Source: Tetramitus jugosus
Lineage: Eukaryota > Protista > Heterolobosea
Assembly: GCA_937625935.1 (NCBI GenBank)
Contig: OW569365.1
Coordinates: 186,001-250,000 of the forward strand
Length of the DNA stretch: 64,000 nt
Direction: 5' to 3'
Made by a program: the position numbers and the translations under genes. Shown here piece by piece: positions 50,750-59,750 of the stretch. Within the stretch, counting starts at the first letter, position 1; each line of letters starts with the position of its first letter. A model generated the notes under the pieces. It was not told where the DNA came from and made no database searches. It saw nothing but the letters and a program-made list of their open reading frames with translations.

Positions 50750-53420
50750 CTACTGGTTCTTTTGTCCAAGAGTCGACAGAGACTCAAGCTTTTCTTGCAA
50801 AAACTTGTCGGCCGACTCAAATTGTTCGAGAATTGATGCTCCATAGGCATCCAATCCGGACTTGGCACCGTACAAAGCACGCACCATATCGACAGTTTGA
50901 TTCCAGAAAGGAACTGCTCTATCACGGAAGTCAGCAAGTACATCAACACAAGATGTAAACTTCTTTGGTAGCTGATCCACACTGAGAGTGTCAACAGGAG
51001 TCTCGAGCAAGTATCGAGCAACGACACCCATGGCGGTGTTTGTCTCCTGGAAGAATGGTAGGTGAATAGAGAGACGAGTCAGACACAAATTTTGAGTGAG
51101 CTCTAAATCACAGTGGCCTTCGAGGAATGTGGCGGCTAGCAGCATCTCAATTACTTGACGCATAGACTTATAGAGTATCTTGACAATGGAGTTGTAGCAA
51201 AGGAGATCTTGACTCACACCAGCTCTCTCACCCCATTGGATAAATTTGAATGTCATTGGTACCATGCTCATAACGCGTTCAATAAGTATTAACTCAGCTT
51301 GGAACTTGCTCTTCTTGACTGGAGCAGTAATAGATGCTGCGTACTTCTTAAATACTAAGCTGAATCGGCGAGTGGTCATTGCTTGATTTCTCAACAATTC
51401 TAGTATGATGATTGCCTGATCAGGATATAGTTTGGCTCTCTGTAATGCTCTTGCATAGGGATTAAGGTCATAGCTGGATCTAGTTTTAGTAAAGTATCCG
51501 AGCACATCTAATGTTTTAAGCAGTAAGAATGACCTCAACTGTTCTGGTGTTGTGAATTTAGTTGTTAGTGAGGTAGATGGTGCTAGTTTCCAGTTGAGGC
51601 AGAATTGGAAGTCAATTGCCTGAGATTTTTGAAGTTTTAGTTGTTTTTGAATATCAGCATCCGATAGTTGCCAGCAAAGGCCATCTGTAATCTTTAAGAT
51701 TGATCTATCAAGTTCTTGAGTAGGGATGTCGCCTGCTGGCCAATAAATGACACTCTATACAAGCAACAACAAAAATGTATTAGAATGAATGAGAATCATT
51801 TTCAAGAATCCATTTTCACACACATACTATTGGTTTCTTTTGGAAGTATTCATTCAATGGCGTAGTTAATAAGTTGAATGAAGCAGATCTGAGATGTGAG
51901 AGAGATGAAATCAGAGCATGATATTCTTGAGAATCCGCTAGTGGTTGAGTCTCTAAAACAGCACCAGCTACTAAGCTACTGAGTGCCTGTGGAGATATAA
52001 CTGATTGAGATAATAAATAGTACAAGTCATTGGGAAGTTTTGGTCCAATTACTTCGTTATAATCTTTTGGAACACTTCCTGGATTCAAATGACCTGCAGT
52101 GCCATCCGACTCCAGTATCACATGATTGTTGATGAGTGCTTTCGAAAATAAAAATTGAGTGGCGGAATCATGATCGAATTGAGTCACTACCAATCCAGAT
52201 CTATAGACTTGCACCATTTCAAGAGCAACTATGGACACAATACAAAAAAATAGATAGATTGAGTTGTGAACATGACGCACGTGCACACTAGCAAATATAC
52301 AAAACAGACTCGATCAAAAATCAAATTGTTTTCAAATATAATGACACATACTTGCAAAAGCCTTCTTGTCACTATCCTTTTTGACAAATTCTGCAATATG
52401 TGGCATCGTTTTTCCAAAGAATGATCCTGCGAGTAAGCAACAATCCAAGAATTGACTCTCATTCAATCCCAAATTCGCTAAAATTTCATTCTTGTCAACA
52501 TATCTGAATATTTCGTCTTCAAAATTGACATCCAATATTAATTTTGGTACGTTAAACATAATTTGTTCGTCTGCGGCATAAATGGCGTGAATCATTGGTT
52601 CTTTCTCGTTCATAAAATGAGCCAGCTGTTGGTTTATATAGAGTCATCATCCACATTCAATTAATTATTTGCGTTTGTTTCGATATCATTCATTTTTTTG
52701 AACATCAACAATCATGCACAGAGAAAACAACATACCTGTCCCCACGTAACATATGGAGCTCTAAAGAACTCGATATTGTGCTCAGTAAAATATTGAAATA
52801 GATAATTGATAAAATCTGTTGGTAGAGCACTTGCAGTAACTGTGTATATGCATATGATGAGACATATTTTATAGATCACACATCAATTGATTTTCAATGA
52901 ATCACAACAAAAAAAACAACAAATGTCAACAATGATCTCATTCATTCATTCATGAATTGTACTGCATGAAGAAAAATACCAAACACCAAATCACAAACAA
53001 TAGCAACAACAATACAAAAAATAACATACTGAATAATGCACTGGCTTCTTTGACTTGACCTCTCTCAAATGCATTAAAGGCCGATCTTCTCTTTCTCTCC
53101 AACTCTTCTGCCACGACAAATGTGTGTGCTTTGATTGGTGATGGACCAACATCTACCTTCTTGTGAGAGATACCATTGAAGACAAACACTGGTGTAATAC
53201 CAGCACTCTTCCATCTGTTAATCTCTTTTTCAATCTTGTTTGTTAGTGTGATTGGGAGTCCACCCATGGCCACTTGGAATGGCTCTGTTCGTTCATGCAA
53301 TAGTTGAGTAAGCCAATGGAAGCCATCAACACCAATTCTGGTGTTTTGAAGTGCTGTTAGTTTTTGTGAATGAACAAGGTTTCGCTCCTCGAGGTATTTT
53401 CGAAGGTCTCGTACAGTCAT
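50750..53420 (-). CDS. MKT1: MKT1 post-transcriptional regulator (XPG/PIN-like N-terminus plus MKT1 C-terminal domain), about 5 exons
   Basis: LRKYLEER..IGVDG..EPFQVAMGGLP..ITPVFVFNG; QFLDCCLLAGS; PKDYNEVIGPKLP; LLCYNSIVK..LPFFQETNTAMG. Confidence 0.85.
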
Positions 53421-53686
53421 GCTTTCTTGTTGCTGTTGTTTTGCTAGGAATAAAGCTTTTTTTTCGTGATCGCTTTTTTTTTGTTCTTGTCGGGGGTCGA
53501 TTTTTTGGGTGGCGGATGATTGACGAGTGTCGGATTTATTCTGAGTGGATTTTTCGCAAGGTCCGCTTCGTATTACGTGGGCAGGTGTTTCCGACCCTGG
53601 ATTTTCCCCATAAAAACTTTGGTGTGATCCATTTCAAAGAGTCTCACACAAACAAAAAACAAAAAAGCATTTCGAAACACTACACA

Positions 53687-54490
53687 ATGACCACAACTCG
53701 ACTCTTTTCATTGAATGAGAGTAAAGCTTGGGGAGACAAATTCTTTCTCTTCTATGCTCCTCTATGGATCGGTTACTTTGCCTTCTTGATCGGCACAGAT
53801 TATTACAATGGAGCAAGCAGACTCGAATGGACCATGTATGGTGTCATTATGGTGATCCCCCTGTTTGCTTATCCATTGCTGTTCCCTGGTAAAGCAGATC
53901 GCAACCTTCCAATCACTCAGCGCTACTGGTTCAAGGCCAACGTTTGGATTGCCATTTTTAACTATGTCGGAAATTATTTTTGGACTCATTACTTTTACAA
54001 TCTTTTGGGCGCGGAATACACCATGGACACGCACAGGATTAACAATGTGCCTTGGCTCATGTTCTTAGCTACACAAGCATACTTTACCTTTTATCACTCA
54101 TTGACCAATGTGTTTTTGAGATTGATCTATACCACTTGGCCAAAGTCAACCAACACACGTTTCATCTGTATTGCTCTGTTCATTTTGGTGTGGGCAGTGT
54201 TTACTGCCTTTATGGAGACATATTCCATCCAGTACTTCCCACACTACACTCACAAGGACAAGTTTTTGATGTACACTGTGGGATCTGTGTTCTACTCAAT
54301 TTACTTTGTTGTCAGCTTCCCAATGTTCTACCGATTGGATGAACATCCAGAGGAGCAACCATGGCCAATGTCCAAGGTCATTATTGACTCTTTGGGATCT
54401 GCCATGGCTGTTACCATTATGCTTGACCTTTGGAGATTGTACATTGGTGGTATCATTCCCAACGTGCCAGAATGTGTTCCCTTCTTGTAA
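53687..54490 (+). CDS. CPI1: Cycloeucalenol cycloisomerase (sterol biosynthesis)
   Basis: SKAWGDKFFLFYAPLW, QRYWFKANVWIAIFNYVGNYFWTHYF, MYTVGSVFYSIYFVVSFPMF, LDLWRL. Confidence 0.92.
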   Translation: MTTTRLFSLNESKAWGDKFFLFYAPLWIGYFAFLIGTDYYNGASRLEWTMYGVIMVIPLFAYPLLFPGKADRNLPITQRYWFKANVWIAIFNYVGNYFWTHYFYNLLGAEYTMDTHRINNVPWLMFLATQAYFTFYHSLTNVFLRLIYTTWPKSTNTRFICIALFILVWAVFTAFMETYSIQYFPHYTHKDKFLMYTVGSVFYSIYFVVSFPMFYRLDEHPEEQPWPMSKVIIDSLGSAMAVTIMLDLWRLYIGGIIPNVPECVPFL

Positions 54491-54599
54491 TGATGTCTAC
54501 ACATGTGATTAAAGTTGATTCAGATATTTCTGAAATGACGTTTTATTTACTTAAGAAGTTAGTTTGGTGATCATGGTTTGTCATGAGGTATCCGCCACC

Positions 54600-56144
54600 T
54601 TAAAAGAAGTTAGTAAAAGTTTGGTGAGCACTGCTTGCTCTCCTTCTCATCTTCTCCTGTTCCATTTGTTTGTTGAGCCCTGACATGTCCAGTAAGTCTG
54701 GAGAAACAGGTGCAGAACTCAAGGTTGCTTGTCCTCCTGGACCTGGTTGAAACTTGGTTGGTGTTCCTGTCGAATCAAATCTGATCATGTCAGGTATTAC
54801 CAATGGAGATTGAGAAGTGGTTGTGCTGGTGCACTGTAGCGGATCCATGGGGCTCTCTTCTTTGGCTTGAGCTGGCTTCTCATGGATTCGAACATTTCGA
54901 AGTGAAATTGCAGGAATGGATTTGGATCTTGTTCTCACATGATACGATCGGTTCTCCAATTTGTCTCTCTCCTGGAGCATTGTATCATCTTTTGCTTGTT
55001 TCTTGATTTGTAGTTCCTTGACAAGCTTGGAGAATTTCTTTTCTTCTAGTTCCTGATGCTTCAATTCATTCATAATGTCTGCATTCTTGTTGAGTGGCAA
55101 TTCATACACGCCACTCAACATTTCATTCTCTTGATTCTTTCCACCAAAGAAGAACAATCGATGATGCTCCGAATCATATCCACACACCATACCAACAGCC
55201 TTTGGCATATAATTACCGAAATAGGAGGTTAACTTTGTCCATTTGTTGCCCTGCGCCGTGTTGCAAACATACACGTGCTGATCATACTTTGTCCTGGATA
55301 GCAAGTCTCCACCACCAGCCACAAATATCAAATCATGTATGGCGTAGCTCACGTGACAACATCTCGCATGTGGTGTCGATCCACTCTGAATTTCTTTTCT
55401 CCATGTGAACATGTCCAAATCCACACTGTACATCTCATTGATTACATGTTGATCCTTGTATGAGTTTCCTGCGGTCAACCCTCCAAAAAGATACAATCGA
55501 TTGTGAACGAGAACACCAGAGTGACAACACAGTCTCTCTGGTTTATCTCTGGCACCAAACGTCTCTTGACACGACCATTCTCTCTTTTTAATGTCGAAAC
55601 GGAACAAGTCTCCAAAGAAGATTTGTTTGCCTTGAGAACCGCCAAATATCCATAGGAAATCATTGTAATAGACCATGCAACAAGCAGCTCTTGGATCAGG
55701 TGATACTCCAGTGCACTCCAAGTGATCCCATCTTTCTGCTTCTGTGTCAAAGACGTACATGCCGTTGAATACTGTGTGAGGTACATCCGTGTGCACTTGA
55801 TAACCTCCAAACACGTACACCTTGTTTCCAACGGCACAACAACAGGAGAGACATCGGGCACTGGGCACCTTTCCTGTCGATTTCAATTGACTCCACCTAC
55901 CAGTCTCAATATTAAATATATGAACATCTGAATGATTCTATAGATTGAGTAAGATACACAACAAAGATCGTTAGAAAAGTGAGACGGATTGCGAAAACTT
56001 TTTGAACTTCAGATAACTCAAACTTACTTTTCCGTTTGGTTTCATTCCCAAAAAAACATAAATGTTGTGACCAATGGTTGCGGCACAATGGTATACGAGT
56101 GGTCCTGGAGCAGATCCCACCTGCTTCACTTCGGTCAGATGCAT
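54600..56144 (-). CDS. Kelch-repeat protein; 2 exons, intron 55938-56027
   Basis: PxARxxH..YVFGG..W repeats; exon 1 MHLTEVKQVGSAPGPLVYHCAATIGHNIYVFLGMKPNGK splices in frame to NHSDVHIFNIETGRW. Confidence 0.85.
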
Positions 56145-56367
56145 TTTGTTGTTATGTTGATTCGCAAGAAAAGTGGAATATTTAGTCTCAAGTGGTTCTC
56201 TTTTACTTTATGAAATTTGGAGGTGAAACAAGAACCAGAGTCTTGTCTCTTCGAAAAAATAGTCACATACTTTTTTGATTGTAAAAATACAAAAATCGTA
56301 TTTTAGGAAGTCAACCGACATCCAAAAAAACCAGGTAATCTGAACTGGCAAGAACTCACAAAGTTGA

Positions 56368-57123
56368 TTAATGGCTCTCCAGAATCTCTGCGATCGACTT
56401 TAACAATATTGATTCTTTGGGCAGGGACGGGTCGACATGACAACGACACTCTGGACACTTGTGTGCCGAATCCATACATCGTTCAACACACTTCTTACAA
56501 TAAGAATGACCACAGTGGAGAGTAGTTGGTTGTTTAAAATTCTCAAAACATATTGGACATTCAAGGAGTTCGCCTATACTCTGTATCCTATCATCTTGCT
56601 TTTCGCTTTTGTGTAGAAGAATTGCGTAATCGCGTTTCTCTTGCATTTTATGGGCAATAGCTATTTGTGCTTTCAGTCCCTCCTGTGCTTGTTCCATTTG
56701 GTAGATCCTCTTTCTCAGGGTTGTGGTATTGTGTTTTAGCTGAGTAATTGTGTTTGTTAGCTGAGCAATCCTTATCTTCTGTTCCTTGTTAATGGTTGTC
56801 AATGATTCCACATAGGTTTCATATTCCTCACATTTCTCCTGTGACGCCTCACACTCCTCTTCTTTCTCCTGTAACAGAGATTGTAAATTAATATAATGGG
56901 ACACAGCAATGCTCTTTTCAATAACCATTTCCTTGAGCTGCAACAAAGAGTTCATTTGACTACACTGCTTCTTCAGTGTGATACATTCTTCTTCTTTCTC
57001 TTCCTTCTGTTGCAGCAATGACCAGCGAAGTTGCCCCAATTCCCGATACTGTCGCATGAGTGCATCAAGCGACTCTTGTTTGTTCTGCAACAAAGAGTTC
57101 ACTTGGCTGCACTGCTTCTTTAA
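56368..57123 (-). pseudogene. 3' part (coiled coil plus C3HC4 RING) of a RING E3 ligase gene interrupted by the transposon
   Basis: CPICFENF..LHCGHSYCKKC..CPECR; the frame runs LKKQCSQVNSLLQ from the TTAA at 57120-57123. Confidence 0.85.
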
Positions 57124-57138
57124 GGTGGCCGTCCACTG
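57124..57138 (+). repeat. Left terminal inverted repeat
   Basis: GGTGGCCGTCCACTG directly after TTAA. Confidence 0.88.
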
Positions 57139-57243
57139 AAGAAATCGTATAAATAGGAGAAATAGTCAATTTACCCATCGGATTTGTTCATTGATTTTTT
57201 TCATCTCAAAAAAACTTGAGAAACACATCAACTCGCTTTCCTA

Positions 57244-57986
57244 TTATAATGAATACTGCCTCATGGTTCTGTTGGTGTTGGTTGTGTCACAAATTGTCAC
57301 AGGAGACTGCGAAGGTGATGTGCCCGTGCACATTTCATTGTTGATGGATTCAGAAGAGGATATCTCTGTGATGTCCTCTGTTTCGTGAAGACCTCGCATC
57401 AGTTTCTCAAGATCGTTTGTTTCTTCCTCAGTGTTGTTGCTGCTGTTGTTCTCAACTTCCCTTGGTGTTTGTGTTTTTTAAGGGCATATCGTGAAGCTGC
57501 AAAAGAAGGATTTATATCCGTTGCACGTGCAATCTATTCAAACGCTCTATCGGAATTCCCCACTAAAGCCATACAACTTGATCATCTGAATCTTTGCCTC
57601 CCTCGTCTTCTCATCAGGTATATTCTTGACCCAACTACATCATTTGTCAACAACATCACATACACAATTATACTCAAAAACAACAAGTATGGGCAATTGC
57701 AGCTATATACATACTCTGGAACGAAAAATCTTGACTTCCTATCAATGTACTTTTGTGTCCGATTCACTAATCGTTCACTCATCAACTGTAAGCATTCTGA
57801 TTTTTCAACCCACCACAGTGTACACATCGGGCACTGTTGCATTCGACGATAACTTGACTTCACAATTGGCAGGCAACCCCGCAACCACCTTCTTCACACT
57901 ACAATTAAAAAACATATACAAAACAATAGTTTAACTTTACAAAAACATTCTTACAAATTGTAATACACAAAACAAAAAATACATAC
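57244..57986 (-). pseudogene. Decayed multi-exon coding remnant inside the element, possibly a continuation of the chromodomain gene
   Basis: GTATGT..TAG intron-like segments at 57899-57986 and 57635-57714 flanked by coding-like stretches with stops and frameshifts. Confidence 0.35.
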
Positions 57987-58007
57987 GCCTTTAACAAATC
58001 ATTCTGT

Positions 58008-58493
58008 TTATTGATTAACAACTCTCCACCCTCCAGGGACCAATTCAAATTGTTCCCATGAACATGTCAAGTAGAATCCCTTCCACTTCACATAACCATA
58101 CCAAGAACCATTTTGATACTTCCAATCCAGAACATCATCAATTTGATAGAACTGTCCATTGGAGGTGTAGTTTTGGTGAATGTGACAGTACTGGGTTCCA
58201 CGTTTCCTTTGCAATTTGCACGGTAAGCCTGACTTGCAAACGGCCAAACAGTATGAGTACAAATTGTCCATATAAGACCTTATTGTTGATAGATTATTGA
58301 CCATCGAAGATCGAAAATCCCGACACGTCAATACCAAATTCAACACATCTTCTACACCAAGGAACGAACCAACTAGATACACAAATAAATCAATATGTAT
58401 ATCGGTTATTCTTACTTTTCTTTTGACTCCAAACTTTACCAATTGTTGGTGTTGGTTATGTCTTCTTTTGGCGCCTTTTCCTTGTTTTCCCAT
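58008..58493 (-). CDS. Cargo protein (161 aa): basic NLS-like segment, F-box-like motif, CCCH-type Zn finger, chromodomain
   Basis: ITDIHIDLFVYLVGSFLGVEDVLNLVLTCRDFR; CLAVCKSGLPCKLQRKRGTQYCHIH; YQIDDVLDWKYQNGSWYGYVKWKGFYLTCSWE. Confidence 0.65.
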   Translation of the reverse strand: MGKQGKGAKRRHNQHQQLVKFGVKRKVRITDIHIDLFVYLVGSFLGVEDVLNLVLTCRDFRSSMVNNLSTIRSYMDNLYSYCLAVCKSGLPCKLQRKRGTQYCHIHQNYTSNGQFYQIDDVLDWKYQNGSWYGYVKWKGFYLTCSWEQFELVPGGWRVVNQ

Positions 58494-58502
58494 TTGTTCA
58501 TT

Positions 58503-58779
58503 GATTTTTTTCATCAAAAAAACTTGCAAAAAACAGAAAACAAACACTCTGAAGGACATCGTGAGAGCGAGTGACCTGATGATGAGTGTGAGTTTTCTGA
58601 CGTTTGTCAAATTCTGTCCTACTATTGATACCATTAGAGATTTTTTCATCAAAAAAACTTGCAAAAAACAGAAAACAAACACTCTGAAGGACATCGTGAA
58701 TGCGAGTGACCTGATGATGAGTGTGAGTTTTCTGATGTTTGTCAAATTCTGTCCTACTATTGATACCACCATTAGAGAG
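58503..58779. repeat. Tandem duplication of a ~135-bp unit (2 near-identical copies)
   Basis: TCATCAAAAAAACTTGC at 58511 and 58646; copies differ by a few substitutions and small indels. Confidence 0.92.
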
Positions 58780-59423
58780 GTGTTGAATTGTCCGATAACT
58801 TGAGTATTCAGATCTCATTGATGACACTTGCTCTTCAAACATATCCTGATAACACTGACGATGTCAACAAGATTATTAATAACATTGCTAGTCAATTGAA
58901 TAGCACTGCACTTGCTTCGAATGAAATTGTAGACATGTTGAAGCGATTGTTGTTGGTGCCACTCGAGTCATACAACAATGTGCTAACAGTTTTGAAGTTG
59001 GAGAAGTATGGTGATATTATTCATTCTCTTGGATATGAACAGAGAAAGTTTATTGCACTGAGCATTGTGAGATGCGCACTTGACAATGGACACAAGATTT
59101 CAACATTTGAACAAGTGAACAAACTGTTTGATTTGATTCGTCCACTGTTGAAGGATGAGGAAGACCAGACAACATTCTCACCTTCTGACGACTCACCAAT
59201 AGCTGCAACATTGCTCGAAGATTTCGAAGAAGAACAGAACTTGATTGCCAGATTGGTTCATTTGTTTGATAATAGCGATTCTGATCAATTGTTTAAAGTT
59301 TTGGCCGCAGCCAGAAAGCACTTTGGTCAGGGTGGTGTCAAGAGAATTCAATACACATTGGTACCGCTTGTATTCTCCTACTTGAAACTTGCTCAGAGAA
59401 TCTACAATGCACACTGCAAATAG
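58780..59423 (+). pseudogene. VPS35: Captured internal fragment of retromer subunit VPS35
   Basis: SIQISLMTLALQTYPD..LLLVPLESYNNVLTVLKL..EDFEEEQNLIARLVHL..ARKHFGQGGVKRIQYTLVPLVF; no ATG at its 5' boundary and lacks both termini of the ~800-aa protein. Confidence 0.85.
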
Positions 59424-59697
59424 ACACCTCTTGTCGACTCTCCATCTTTTTTGATTGATTTGGTTGTTGTTGTTGATGTTCGTTGTGCGACTTGTGTTTT
59501 TCGTTGTTGTTGTCGCGTTCAAGATTGGATAGATAGGTGGATATATTATAAAAAAATACAATAAATGTTGTATCAGTTTCCTCTAAGCTGCGGAATTGGT
59601 GCAGTTGTAAAAATTTCCGTTGAGACTGTCTTTACAACGGCAACGGCCATCTACCTCGGTTTAAAAAGCGCTGTCTTTTTCGCTGTTTGATTCATCT

Positions 59698-59750
59698 CAC
59701 ACAACAAATACAACACAACAAATACACCACACAACAAATACAATAACATT
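59698..59750 (+). promoter_or_regulatory. Three copies of CACAACAAATACA directly upstream of the Fanzor ATG
   Basis: Seen in sequence; A/C-rich leaders also precede host ATGs in this window. Confidence 0.4.

Noticed and set aside
53351-53686. N-terminal extension of CPI1 in the ORF track
   Set aside because: It overlaps the MKT1 start and the divergent promoter; homology begins at the ATG at 53687.
58503-58779. CRISPR-like array near the RNA-guided nuclease
   Set aside because: Only two contiguous 135-bp units with no spacers; it is a simple tandem duplication.
58297-58842. ORFs with duplicated peptide text, including the N-terminal 93 aa of 58008..58772
   Set aside because: By-products of the 135-bp duplication; the plausible start is the ATG at 58493.
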